Below are positions 48,463 to 59,200 of a stretch of DNA of 64,000 nucleotides, in pieces. Origin of the DNA: Nitrospiraceae bacterium (GTDB lineage Bacteria; Nitrospirota; Nitrospiria; Nitrospirales; Nitrospiraceae); the NCBI GenBank assembly GCA_050246315.1, contig JBFWWG010000002.1, positions 332,811-396,810 of the forward strand. The letters are read 5' to 3'. Each line of letters starts with the position of its first letter. Within the stretch, counting starts at the first letter, position 1. The notes under the pieces were generated by a model, which was not told the origin of the DNA, ran no database searches, and worked only from the letters and a program-made list of their open reading frames with translations. Made by a program: the position numbers and the translations under genes.

Positions 48463-48918
48463 TCAGTCATCCATCGCAGTCACGGACTTCAACCATTCGA
48501 TGTATGTGGGGGGCAGGCCGTGGTCCTCTGCACCGTTGATTATCAGATCGAGATAATCTCGGCGGGGACGCAGTCCCGAAGATGGGCTGATCGCGAAATA
48601 GCACTCAGCCGAGATCGGCTCACCATCGTGGGTCCTGATGGTGATCGTTCGTGGCACATACTGTCTCTTGTGCACGCCCTCATGTTTGTCGAGCTTCTTC
48701 AATTCATGATCTTGCAGTGCGTACAAGACCCCGTGTACGGTGTGCCCTTCCTCAGGAACAACCATAGCATAGCCAGAACCATCAGCAGCGGGCTTGTCAA
48801 ATGAAAGCCTGTATCCGTCCAGGCGAGCGAGCCTCCACTCGATATTCCTCCTCCCGACTCGGTCTTCCAATCGTCCGGTATCAAGATTTGATCCGTACGC
48901 GAAATACCAATGTAGCAT
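48463..48918 (-). CDS. Gamma-glutamylcyclotransferase (AIG2-like) protein
   Basis: WYFAYGSNL, ARLDGYRLSF, VHGVLY, LDKHEG, YLDLIINGAEDHGLP..YI. Confidence 0.88.
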   Translation of the reverse strand: MLHWYFAYGSNLDTGRLEDRVGRRNIEWRLARLDGYRLSFDKPAADGSGYAMVVPEEGHTVHGVLYALQDHELKKLDKHEGVHKRQYVPRTITIRTHDGEPISAECYFAISPSSGLRPRRDYLDLIINGAEDHGLPPTYIEWLKSVTAMDD

Positions 48919-48922
48919 ACGC

Positions 48923-49498
48923 TCAAAGGAACCCTTCCGTTTCTCTTCGGGCACCGTGAGACACTCTTTTCAGCCTCGACAGATCCGAAGCATAGATACA
49001 GAGGCAATCTTCTATCTCGTGAGGCCTTAGCTTGGTGAATTCTGCTGGCAGTTCGCTGACCTTCAGGTATTTGCCTCCTGAGGCAAGACCGAGAGCTCTG
49101 GCGCCCTTCCGCGACCCACGATGCAGGTAGACGAATTCGGGTTCCATCCCGAGCCGAGTTCCAATGCGGACCGCGGTATCGTATATCGCCAGCTCTCCAA
49201 ATCCCCTGATCGACCCAGCCGTTGTTTCCACCACTTCGATTAAGCTGTCAAAGCCGGTGCATTTGCTGATCTGAGCGCGTTTCGCCAGCAGCACTTTGCC
49301 CGCCCTGGCTAATACCGCCTCCGGGATCCGCCACTGGTGGTCATGCTTCTTCCCACCTTCTACCTCCGCCCTGGCAGCCCTTTCTATGGCTTCTTCGAGA
49401 GAATTCAACATCTGGAAGGAGGCAAGCTCATCGTTAGCCCTGTCTCTGTACTTAGCAATGTAATCCTGCACAACCTCCTTGAAGGAGTGAAGGACCAT
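48923..49498 (-). CDS. Hypothetical protein with an HhH-like motif
   Basis: GKKHDHQWRI, IRGFGELAIYDTAVRIG, PEFVYLHRG..KGARALG, HEIEDCLCIY; 4-nt gap to the GGCT gene. Confidence 0.7.
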   Translation of the reverse strand: MVLHSFKEVVQDYIAKYRDRANDELASFQMLNSLEEAIERAARAEVEGGKKHDHQWRIPEAVLARAGKVLLAKRAQISKCTGFDSLIEVVETTAGSIRGFGELAIYDTAVRIGTRLGMEPEFVYLHRGSRKGARALGLASGGKYLKVSELPAEFTKLRPHEIEDCLCIYASDLSRLKRVSHGARRETEGFL

Positions 49499-49604
49499 CT
49501 GGTCGCCGGTCCGGGGTAGGCAAGATCCGCGGGTCCTTTTCGGATGAGCCTTGCAGCTCCTTGCATCACCAATTCTTTTCATGGATAAGAACCTTAAAGA
49601 ATAT

Positions 49605-50546
49605 TCATTGGCCGCCTACGGATGGTATTTCACCCAGCATCACTTGCCCGGACTGCGGTGGCATGTCATCGGCATAGGTTTTCCAGAGTAGAATGGGCTC
49701 CCTGGTCTCATTCATATCAATGCGGCTTGTGTCCACGATTAGGACAAAGTCTCGATCCTTTCCGTTGGTAAGCTCCCAATCATCTTCTGGAAAAATGACA
49801 CGCCCGACCGCGGTCAACGGATTCTCGAACCATTGATTCCCGAACAGACGAGAAGGAATTTCGATGATGCGCTGCTTATCAAAGCCCTTCACGGCTTTGG
49901 ATACGGTTCTTGGAACGGTGAAAACTGCCTTCACATCATGGGCAGACACTGCTCCCTTATTAACAAGTGAGATGTTCAGTGCATATTCGCACACAGTTGC
50001 CTTGCGATCTATGAATCTTCGCGAGAAGGAAGGGATGATAAGAGGATGTTTCATGCGATTCATGATGTCGCGGATCTCATAGTCTTCCATCGGTACAGAT
50101 TCAAAGTTGAATCGCTTGTAGTATCTCTTGTCCGCCGCTTGATGGGCCGTCGGTGCCTGTGGAACGCTTACGACATAGGCCACCTTTCCCGGAGCAGAGG
50201 TGGTGAGTGCAACTGGATTGACGTGGACTCCAGCTAACCGAGGACGTACCCGGGCGTTGATGACCTGCTCAAGCCACTCCTTTGTGACCTGCGCCGGATC
50301 GACCCCGTCCAATTGGCGTGGAGTATGTTGCTCTTCCACCATGCCGTAGACAATTACGCCGCCAGCACCATTCGCCAAAGCCGAAACATCCTTACTAATC
50401 TCATTCTTCGCCTTCTCGTTGTTGGTCAGTGCGTCGCCCCGCTTATATTCGAGGTCAGTCTGTTCCTCTACGCCACTCTGAATCAGCGAGAGTAGATCCT
50501 GCTCCGTCCATTCTGACGGTGGCTTATCCATGCTGAGGGCACTCAC
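49605..50546 (-). CDS. Schlafen/AlbA_2-domain protein with an unknown C-terminal domain
   Basis: EEQTDLEYKR, EISKDVSALANGAGGVIVYGM.E, V.VP...AHQ..DKRYYKR...PMEDYEIRD. Confidence 0.88.
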   Translation of the reverse strand: MSALSMDKPPSEWTEQDLLSLIQSGVEEQTDLEYKRGDALTNNEKAKNEISKDVSALANGAGGVIVYGMVEEQHTPRQLDGVDPAQVTKEWLEQVINARVRPRLAGVHVNPVALTTSAPGKVAYVVSVPQAPTAHQAADKRYYKRFNFESVPMEDYEIRDIMNRMKHPLIIPSFSRRFIDRKATVCEYALNISLVNKGAVSAHDVKAVFTVPRTVSKAVKGFDKQRIIEIPSRLFGNQWFENPLTAVGRVIFPEDDWELTNGKDRDFVLIVDTSRIDMNETREPILLWKTYADDMPPQSGQVMLGEIPSVGGQ

Positions 50547-50719
50547 CCCCTCGTTGTACCGAATTAGGTTCGATCCAGAGAGCGGATATGCGATGGCCGA
50601 TTTCCTGGACGCCGGGCGCCGGGAGGCCGACCCATTTGGGGCTCTTGTCCACCAGGTATGTGTTCAGGACGGCGGGGCACTGGGAATGGCCGTGAGTGGT
50701 CCAAGCGAACGCTGGCAAC

Positions 50720-52978
50720 CTATCCCTCGTCCTCGTCATTGGCCCAGTGACCGTCATCTGGTTTTCCATCCCGTCGCCGCTTGATTGCCTTTTGGAATGC
50801 CTTCACCGCTCTCTTTTCCTTGTCGCTGAGGCCGTCGGGTGAGATTTCCGCCACTTTCCTTTCCAAAGTTCCCACGGGAACGAAATCTTCGATGTTCGTC
50901 AGATTGATCCGCCAGTGCTCCTGCGACACATAGTCCCCCATACCATGGGACGTAGACCGGTGAAGACATGCGGTGAGGAAAGAGAGGACGCCTTCCTTTG
51001 AGTCGATTAACTTTTCCACCCATTGACGAGGTTTTTCGTGTGAGGCCCATTTATCCCAGCAATAAAGGATGCTAAGCATGTTGCGATGGCTTGTCAGGAT
51101 TCCGGAGCCTGCGGCTTGCTCAATCTTTCCCACACAGATATGGTGCAGTGCGTCCAAATCAGCGTCAGTCACATTAAAAGCATCAGGGTCCTTCTTTCGC
51201 TTCTCTTCGTTACCTTCGAGGGAAGCGATTCTTATCGGAAGGTACAGACCCGTCGTGGCTTTCATGGCATCCTTCAGGATAGCCCCGCGTCTGCCTATGT
51301 CCATCTCCTGTTTCAAATACCAGTAAATGATGCGGGACGCATGCGTGTCTGGGGCAATTGAAAAGAAGCCACCTCGATCTTCTGGCAGTTCGTCGCCGAT
51401 ATCGAACAGCGCGGTGATAAACGATATGGCGTGTTGCAGGTCGATTTTCTGCTTGTAGGCTTCAAGACGGTCCAGTGCGACGCCTAACAGGCTACGCTTG
51501 TTAAGCGCACGGAATTCTCCGACTAGGCCTTCACGATTGCCAACGAGGGACAGTACCCGATCTAGCTCCGCTTGGGAAATGTCTCCCTCAGGAATTGCGA
51601 GATGGAAATACCGGTCGAACACATCGGGGTGGCAGAGACGCAGCTCCCTAAACCACTCCTCCTTAAAGTCATGGCCGTACATGGATCCGTTGAATACCCA
51701 TTCAACCGGCGGGAAGAGTTCTTTGACTATCTCGCGCACCTGGCCGGGTTGTGAGGCCGCTTCGACTATGAACTCAATGAGTTTTCTCGTTCGCTCGTTT
51801 TCGTCGTGCGAATCATGCGCTCGGTCGCGAAGGTTCGTCAGCTCTAAGTTAGCCTCGGGAAGCCTCTGGTAAACGGCTGGCTCAAAGACGCGGAGCACTT
51901 CCAGCGCGATAAGGTCCATTGGGTTCACTTCAAAGCTGCCCGTGCTCCGAAACAGCGAAACGTGAAAAGAGAGGGAGGCTAGATAGCGGTACACATCCCG
52001 TAGCGTTTGGAAGTAGGGGCGAAGGCCTCCAAGGAATAGGTTGCCCCAGCGCGTCTGGTCGAACCGCTTGCCCACATCCCCATCGGTTAGTAGTTCGTCG
52101 AGGCCCGCGAATAGGACTTTCTCCAGGCGTGTTCGCTCAATGCGTGGGATATCGAATCCCACCTGTACTATTTTCTCAAGGAATTCTTGTCCACTGACGG
52201 CTGGCGATGAATCCAAACTACGCTCCACGATGTCCCGTTGGAACAGAAGGAGATAGACCACGTTTGGAAAGTCAGCATTAGCCTTGACGAGTTGGAAGAG
52301 GAGTCGTATTTCTTCAGGTGTGAGGCGATCGATATCATCCAACACCACGAGGATTGGCCTTTCGAGTTCTTTCAGGGAGTCAGAAAGCTCTTTCTTTATC
52401 TCAGCCAAAGTCTGCTGTTGCACGACCGCTTGGTCCTCGACTCCTTTTGAGCCTTCTTGCGCCACGGTCGCAGATTGCTCCATCCCTTTGGCAAGCATGT
52501 CTGCGATTCCCGAACCGGGCAGTCCAAGTATTGGCAAGATGGTCTTAAGTGATTTGGCGAGAGAGGCGCCGAGGGTGAGGTAGGTTCCATAGGTTCGCCA
52601 CTTGGCCGCACGTCGTTTCCCGTCTTCGCTTCCGTCCGATCGGCCCAATACCAGACCGATTTCTTGAAAGAACGCCTCTGCCAGTTGATCTTGGCCTGAC
52701 CATTGCCATGGATTGAACTCAATGATCAGGGGACAGTTCGTCTCGGCCAAACGGAGCGTTTGCAGGACCAAGTTTTTTACCGAAGATTTCCCCGAGCCCC
52801 AAGGTCCATACATGGCAACGACCAGGCTCTCATTGCCCTGCCAGCCTTTGATGGCGGAGGCTAGGGATTTCGCAAACGGAGCACGGCCCAGGAGGTCTTC
52901 CTCAATATAGACGATAGGCCGATCGGCTGAGAATTGATGTTTCGTGCGCTGGCTCTTTTCGGGGTTATTCTCCATCAT
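50720..52978 (-). CDS. KAP-family P-loop NTPase
   Basis: DLLGR..FA, YGPWGSGKSS, FNPWQWS, LVVLDDIDRL, FLEKIVQ..F.IP; start overlaps the MTase stop. Confidence 0.92.
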   Translation of the reverse strand: MMENNPEKSQRTKHQFSADRPIVYIEEDLLGRAPFAKSLASAIKGWQGNESLVVAMYGPWGSGKSSVKNLVLQTLRLAETNCPLIIEFNPWQWSGQDQLAEAFFQEIGLVLGRSDGSEDGKRRAAKWRTYGTYLTLGASLAKSLKTILPILGLPGSGIADMLAKGMEQSATVAQEGSKGVEDQAVVQQQTLAEIKKELSDSLKELERPILVVLDDIDRLTPEEIRLLFQLVKANADFPNVVYLLLFQRDIVERSLDSSPAVSGQEFLEKIVQVGFDIPRIERTRLEKVLFAGLDELLTDGDVGKRFDQTRWGNLFLGGLRPYFQTLRDVYRYLASLSFHVSLFRSTGSFEVNPMDLIALEVLRVFEPAVYQRLPEANLELTNLRDRAHDSHDENERTRKLIEFIVEAASQPGQVREIVKELFPPVEWVFNGSMYGHDFKEEWFRELRLCHPDVFDRYFHLAIPEGDISQAELDRVLSLVGNREGLVGEFRALNKRSLLGVALDRLEAYKQKIDLQHAISFITALFDIGDELPEDRGGFFSIAPDTHASRIIYWYLKQEMDIGRRGAILKDAMKATTGLYLPIRIASLEGNEEKRKKDPDAFNVTDADLDALHHICVGKIEQAAGSGILTSHRNMLSILYCWDKWASHEKPRQWVEKLIDSKEGVLSFLTACLHRSTSHGMGDYVSQEHWRINLTNIEDFVPVGTLERKVAEISPDGLSDKEKRAVKAFQKAIKRRRDGKPDDGHWANDEDEG

Positions 52979-55900
52979 CAGACCCAGCATCCTGACCCAT
53001 ACGGTACTTGCCGTCGTAGTTGATGATGAAGTCCAGTTCTTCATCCGTGAAGCCGTAGTGCTTCGCCAGCACGCGGTCTATCTCGTCGATGATGGGCTTT
53101 GATCTGTCGGGATAAAACTCATCATACTCAACTTGTCCCGATGCCTCGTAGTTATAAATGCGTCTTCGTGAATGCCGCTGGAGATCTTTCATCAGTTTGT
53201 TGAAGAGAGGTTCGAGATGTTTGAGCGCTGGTGAGTTCAGATCTCCGATGGGGAAGTTCTCTATATCTGGGCCAGCGATGTTTCTGCAATTTCCTTGGCT
53301 CGTAAACCAAAAGTAAAAGAGAGTGCTATTCAAAATGGCGCCAAGTCGCTTTGCGTGCTCTTCCCTCTTGAGATACAAGTCCTTAAGATGATCGGTTGAT
53401 CTCTCCTTAACGGCAGACTTAAAGTACGGTTCGAAGTCCATGGATCTAATCCAGAACACAGGACTTCTATGATACGTGACATGACCTGGCCCCGAATCGG
53501 AGAAATAAATGTTCATAGTAAGTTGTTTGCTGACGATCTTGCCAAGCACCTTGGCAGCCAACCTACTTCCGAGTTTTGCAAATCTTAAGAAACCATTTGG
53601 GAATCCACATTCTGAGTAAGCTATCTTTGCGAACAGGTAAGGTCTCTCGTCCGCATACCATCGCAAGTAATCAGTGGTCTGGACCTTTGCCGAACCTGTG
53701 TACTGCGGTCCGCCAATAACAATGCACAGGCGGTACTTTACTCCATTGAACATGACAGAAGGGTGAGCATCTCCACTATAGTAGGAAATGTGCAGTTGCC
53801 CGTATCGATTCCAAACGTAATCTTGGTAGGGCTCCATGCGATCAGTCGAGAAGCCGCTCAAGGGAACGATCATGCTGAAGCTTCCTGTATTCCTTAACAG
53901 AGCAGAACTGCGCTCCACACATGGCGGGTAAAGGTTGCCACAGTCTTTAGTTACGTAGCCAATAAGACTGTAGGTCGTAACTTTGTGCATCTCCACGTAG
54001 GGCGGATTGCCGATAATCACATCGAACCCCCCGCTTTTCATGATGCGGTAAAATTCTATGAACCAGTGGAAAGGCTTGTGGGAGGCAAGCCACTTCGCAT
54101 AGGAAGCGCGCTTTGAAGCCTCGACACCATACTCGTTGGCAAGATAGCGATTGAGTTCGTCCTCAAGCGTCTGGAGTCGCCTACGTAGCTCCTCCTTGGC
54201 CTCGGCGAAGTCTTTCGCCTCCATGCCGTGCTCAGTCTGCATCTCGTGGAACTTCTGAAACGCCCTGTCGGCAATCTCGGCGTTCTCTTCTATGGTCGGG
54301 AGGGATTGAAGGCGTACCCAGTCCCCTTCCATGGACTTCTTCAAATTTTCAAGACTGGCGTATCCAACCAACGTATTACCCGCACGGATATTAAAGTCGA
54401 TGTCCGGTAGCGGCTCGATCTGCTCCACCTTCTCGACTTGCGCCACAAGTTTGAGGAACAGACGGAGTTTGCAGATCTCGACGGCCTCTTCCATGATGTC
54501 CACGCCATAGAGATTGTTGAGGATGATGGACTTCAGGATGAAGTAACGACGGTTGGGATGACTCGTGACCCGATCAAGAATTTTCCGAAAGTCGTTGAAT
54601 TTCTCCGGGAGGTGCCTGGTGCCCGAGCGCGTGAGCTCGTCTAGGAACACTTCCATCCGGTCCAGGCAGGCTTCGTAGAGCGGTTCAAGGATATTGAGTG
54701 CAGCAAAGAGGAAGGCTCCAGAGCCGCAAGTCGGATCGAGCACCGTGACCTTTTCAATCGCATGGTAAAAGGCCCGCAGCAGTTCCGGACCTTCAGAATT
54801 TTCGATGACATCCTGCGCAAACTGCCTGATGTCGAGGTTGTAAGTAATGAAGTGGTTGACATCTCCAATTTCCCCGTCCGCGAGTTTTTTGCGCACCTCT
54901 AGGTATCGGGCACGGCGGGCGACGACTTCACGCCAAATTTCCGTTGGCAGGGAATAGTCTGAGGGCGCGGCTTTGTTCCATTCCGTCCGATTCGAGATAT
55001 CTTTCAGGCCGGATGCAATTTCAGGAGGGAGCTCGAGATCGACTCCCTTCTTCACCGGCTCATAGATGTAGCGGTCTGGGTCGAGCTGGAGCTGGCGCCA
55101 AACGGATTGATTGCCTTCGAAGGCGATCTTGCACTTCTGCCGCGCGGCATCGAAGAGGAACGGAATCACCGTGTTTTGGCTGATATAGCCGGTGATATCC
55201 TCCTTCGTATAATAGGCGCCCATCTGCTTCTGGTTGATGTACTTCTCAAAGATATAACCAAGCACGTCGGGATTGATTTCGTCATCCCGGCGGAGCGGGC
55301 GCTCATCGAGGTGCCAGTTGTACTGTTCGAAGAAGGCGAACAGTCTGGCAAACGCGGCATCGGCCACCTGAATGTCTTTGCCGTGCTGCTCTTCAATGTG
55401 ATGGCGTAGAAACAGACCTCCGTTGAGGTAAGGCACCTTGCCCAGCAATCGGTTCACGGTTGCTCCGCGATCGGTATCCTTTTTGGCGAAGCCTTCGAAG
55501 AACAGCGGACAGAGAAAGTCTCTATAGAATCGGTCCTTCCCTCGGGCCTGCGACTCGTTCAATTTGATCCGCAGGTAGTCTCGGTTGCCGTCGAGAAAGC
55601 CCTTTTTCTGAATGAAGTAGACGAACATCAGCCGGTTGAGCATGACGGAGGCGTACCATCGCAGCAGGTCATCATCTGGAATGCCTTTGAGAAACTTTAG
55701 GAACGCCGTGTGTTCCTTCTGAAACGTATCGTAGAACCGCTTCGTGACGCGCTCCACATCGAAGGCCGCTCGCGCCCGAGTGGTTACTTCCACCAGACTT
55801 AATTGTTCTTCCTCCTCCAGGGAAAAGGCGATGCCCTGGAGCTTTAGGATGAGGGCATCTCCTGGTTGATTGCGATGGTAGGTATGTTCCCGACAGGCCG

Positions 55901-56234
55901 TCGGTTTGCCCACCTCGCGCTTCACCCACTGCCATACTTGAGTGGAGTTGGATGGATCGGTGTAAATGATGAGATGTTCTTGAGCGGACTTGGTGAGCTG
56001 GCGGTCAATTTTGCGACGTGTCGGGTAGTCAGGAATTCCGTGCTGGCCAGTTGCAGGACAGTGGAACGCAACCATGCCGCGCTTCTGGGCGACAGCGGTC
56101 AGGGTGAGCGGCTGGCCGTCGATCGGTATCTCGATGGATGCAGTATGTGTGTCCCAACCGAGTTCTTCTATGAAAAGGCATCGAAAATCACAAGCGGCGA
56201 GGTGTTGGCGAGTTCGAGTAGGTTCGAGCGGCAT
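52965..56234 (-). CDS. Eco57I/type IIG-like N6-adenine DNA methyltransferase with target recognition domain
   Basis: VPYLNGGLF, LGYIFE, GAYYT, VLDPTCGSGAFL, LYGVDI...AVEICKLRL, NIRAGNTL, FDVIIGNPPY. Confidence 0.92.
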   Translation of the reverse strand: MPLEPTRTRQHLAACDFRCLFIEELGWDTHTASIEIPIDGQPLTLTAVAQKRGMVAFHCPATGQHGIPDYPTRRKIDRQLTKSAQEHLIIYTDPSNSTQVWQWVKREVGKPTACREHTYHRNQPGDALILKLQGIAFSLEEEEQLSLVEVTTRARAAFDVERVTKRFYDTFQKEHTAFLKFLKGIPDDDLLRWYASVMLNRLMFVYFIQKKGFLDGNRDYLRIKLNESQARGKDRFYRDFLCPLFFEGFAKKDTDRGATVNRLLGKVPYLNGGLFLRHHIEEQHGKDIQVADAAFARLFAFFEQYNWHLDERPLRRDDEINPDVLGYIFEKYINQKQMGAYYTKEDITGYISQNTVIPFLFDAARQKCKIAFEGNQSVWRQLQLDPDRYIYEPVKKGVDLELPPEIASGLKDISNRTEWNKAAPSDYSLPTEIWREVVARRARYLEVRKKLADGEIGDVNHFITYNLDIRQFAQDVIENSEGPELLRAFYHAIEKVTVLDPTCGSGAFLFAALNILEPLYEACLDRMEVFLDELTRSGTRHLPEKFNDFRKILDRVTSHPNRRYFILKSIILNNLYGVDIMEEAVEICKLRLFLKLVAQVEKVEQIEPLPDIDFNIRAGNTLVGYASLENLKKSMEGDWVRLQSLPTIEENAEIADRAFQKFHEMQTEHGMEAKDFAEAKEELRRRLQTLEDELNRYLANEYGVEASKRASYAKWLASHKPFHWFIEFYRIMKSGGFDVIIGNPPYVEMHKVTTYSLIGYVTKDCGNLYPPCVERSSALLRNTGSFSMIVPLSGFSTDRMEPYQDYVWNRYGQLHISYYSGDAHPSVMFNGVKYRLCIVIGGPQYTGSAKVQTTDYLRWYADERPYLFAKIAYSECGFPNGFLRFAKLGSRLAAKVLGKIVSKQLTMNIYFSDSGPGHVTYHRSPVFWIRSMDFEPYFKSAVKERSTDHLKDLYLKREEHAKRLGAILNSTLFYFWFTSQGNCRNIAGPDIENFPIGDLNSPALKHLEPLFNKLMKDLQRHSRRRIYNYEASGQVEYDEFYPDRSKPIIDEIDRVLAKHYGFTDEELDFIINYDGKYRMGQDAGSDDGE

Positions 56235-56244
56235 TGTTGGTTGG

Positions 56245-59200
56245 TTATTCGGGCGCTGATAGTCCCATGGAACAGATGATCCTAGGTTCCTGGGTCTGTT
56301 CTTCCTCATGAATTAGACAGAGCCGATCTTCTTCACGGAGCGCGATGACCAGTTCTGCCAGTGCCTCATCCGACACCCCGCTTCGGAGTTGGCGATTGAG
56401 CGTATCCACGGCGGCTTGGCGGAGTGGATAGCGGTAGATTTCATCGATGGCTTTCAGAAGTTCCAGGGACTCAAACAACGTGCCTTTGACATGCTCCGCA
56501 TGGCGCTTGAGTCGTTCATACGTGCGAAAACGTGCCCCTGAAGGCCGTCCTAATTGTCCCCCAACTGTTTTCTCTTCTGTGACTATCAACTCGACACCCT
56601 TCTGGACCAGTTCGTGATGGTTCGATTGGCGCGGTAGGGCTGGCGTGTCTGAGCTGCACGCCGCAGCCTGGAGGATGGCGAACTGAGACTCCGTGACGGC
56701 GGTACCGTTTTTGTCGATCCAGGCCAGCGCGTCGTTGCCTTCGGCTGTTCTCAGATACACCAGCACCCCGCCTGGTTGCTTGTTCGTCGGGTCATGCGCC
56801 CGCGTGGCATAAATTACGGGCGGCAGATCGGGGATGGTCTTTTGTAGGCTTGGATCGGCGGTAATCGCGTTCTTCCAGATTTGATAGGCATACGAGGCCA
56901 AATCCACTTCTGTATCGGCCTCTCCATCTAGAATGCCTGCTTTCTCATGGTAGAGATTGAGGATCGCATTATCGTTTCGATCATCCTCGAAGAAGGCCTC
57001 GTCGGTGCCGACCACTTCCGCATTTTCTTGAAGACGGCGCCTCACTCTGGCTCGGAGTCGTATGATGCGCTCGACGCCTTCGGCGGGCAAGAAAGAGTAG
57101 CAGAGGATGTTCTCAGCCTTCTGTCCGATACGGTCCACACGGCCTGCTCGTTGGACGAGGCGAATGATGGCCCAGGGGAGGTCGAAATTCACCACAATGG
57201 CCGCATCTTGCAGGTTTTGTCCCTCACTGAGCACGTCCGTGGCAATCAGGACTCGCAACTCCTCGCCCGGTTTCAGTCTGTCACGCTTATCGTTGCTATC
57301 CGGGCTGAACCGCCACGCCAAGGCTGTCGGGTTCGGAGAGTCTCCGGTTGCACCAGCCAAGGATGAAACTCCACGAGCCGCGAGCTGGGTCTCTAGGTAG
57401 CGGACGGTATCGGCAAATTGAGTAAAGATAAGGACTTTGTCATTCGGGTGTTTCTTCTTGAGCAAATTGACGAGGGCCTGAAGCTTGGCGTCTTTGTTCG
57501 AGTCCCATTCACCGCATAGTTGCAAGACCTTTAGGAGGGCCTCTGTATCGCTCCGCAAATCGTTCTCTAACGATTTCACAAATAGTCCTGACGGAAGCCA
57601 CTTAAATCGCCGCTTGTATTGACCAGCGTACTCCTCATAGATCTCGGCTCCTCGACTGATGAAGTCCTTGGCCTTTCGGAGCGACCCCGTGAGTGGTCGC
57701 TCTTGCTCTTGATCGTTCTCGTCGTCCTCAAATAATCCTGTCTTGGCTCCGGGGGCGTCGGCGTCTTCGTCGTATATGCGCGCATCGAGCATCTCGGCAT
57801 CTTGCGTGCCGATTGGGATGGGCTTCTTGTGTTCAATCGCATCAAGGTAAACGTGATTGCGGAGGATATGACGTTCGATTGATTGGAGAAAGGCCTGGCC
57901 GCTGCTTTCGAGACGCTTGAACAGATTCGTCCGACAGAACCCCATAAGGCGTTTCCCGGCACGAGATAGGTCTTGCAGCAATCTCGCTTCAGCTTGTGTA
58001 GGTGGTTCATGCGGCGTCGCCGCCACATAGTTCCCTAATCCGTACCGAGGGAGATTGAGGGCGTTGATGGTATTGACGATATCGTCGGCGTAGAGCCGCG
58101 CATATTGGTCTGCGGGGTTGGCATCGTCAATCTTAAAGGTCACTGTTCTTGGAACTCTGATGGGGAAGTAAGACCGGCTCCCATCCTCGAAGGTGAGAAA
58201 TCTCCGACCGCTGGTTGGGTCAGTCTGGGCATAGTTGTCCTGAATGAAACTGCGGGTGCGTCTTACCATGTAGAGGCGCATCAGTTCTCGCCAGTCGTCC
58301 GCATATTCGCTCTTCTCGAAAGCCGCCAGAGAGCGCACGGAACATTGATGGCGTCGAATAAACTCGGTTTCGGTGAGCTCGCGAATTAAGCGTTCGGGAC
58401 GAACACCGAGGTCTTTGTCTTCTTTGACGAAGAGACGTAACTGGTTGGAAAGGTCAAGATAGGTTTTGTTGTAGGGGGTGGCAGAAAGCAGAATGCACTT
58501 GCTCTCATTGGCTTGGATGTATTCTTGAATTGCCCGATAGCGCTTGCCTTCACGGTTGCGAAGGTTGTGGCTTTCGTCGATGAGCACGAGGCGGTAACGG
58601 CGCAGATTCGGCAGTTCCCCTACAACCTGGCTAATTGACAACACCTTCGCGAGTAACCGGTATTGTGCTCGATAATCCTCCCACATCGGGACCAAGTTCT
58701 TGGGACAGATGATGAGTGTCTCAAGCCCATGATCATCTTCGAAAATCCTTGCCAGGGCAGTGGCCATCAGAGTTTTCCCGAGACCCACCACATCGCCGAT
58801 CAACACGCCACCGCGCTTGTTCAGGTGATGAGCGGCAATCTTGACCGCCGCCGTTTGAAACTCGAATAGCCGCTTGCCAAAGTCTCGTGGTATTCGAAAT
58901 TCGGAAAGCCCCGCCCGTGCCTCTTGCGAAAGATGGTACGCCATCTTGATATAGATATGGTACGGAGGCACGAGTTCTTCCCGAGCCCAGCTCTCTTCGA
59001 TAAAACGGACGAGTTCTTCCGAAATATCCACACACCAACGGTCCGTCCACCGATCTTCGAACCACTTGGCCAACTTCTGGCAGGCGTCGTGATCCAGTAC
59101 GTCCACGTTCAGCTCGCCCTGCTTGGAAAGGCCCGCAAGCGTCAGATTGCTGCTTCCTAGGTACCCGACGGAGGGATTGATAGGATCGGGGCGAAAAAGC

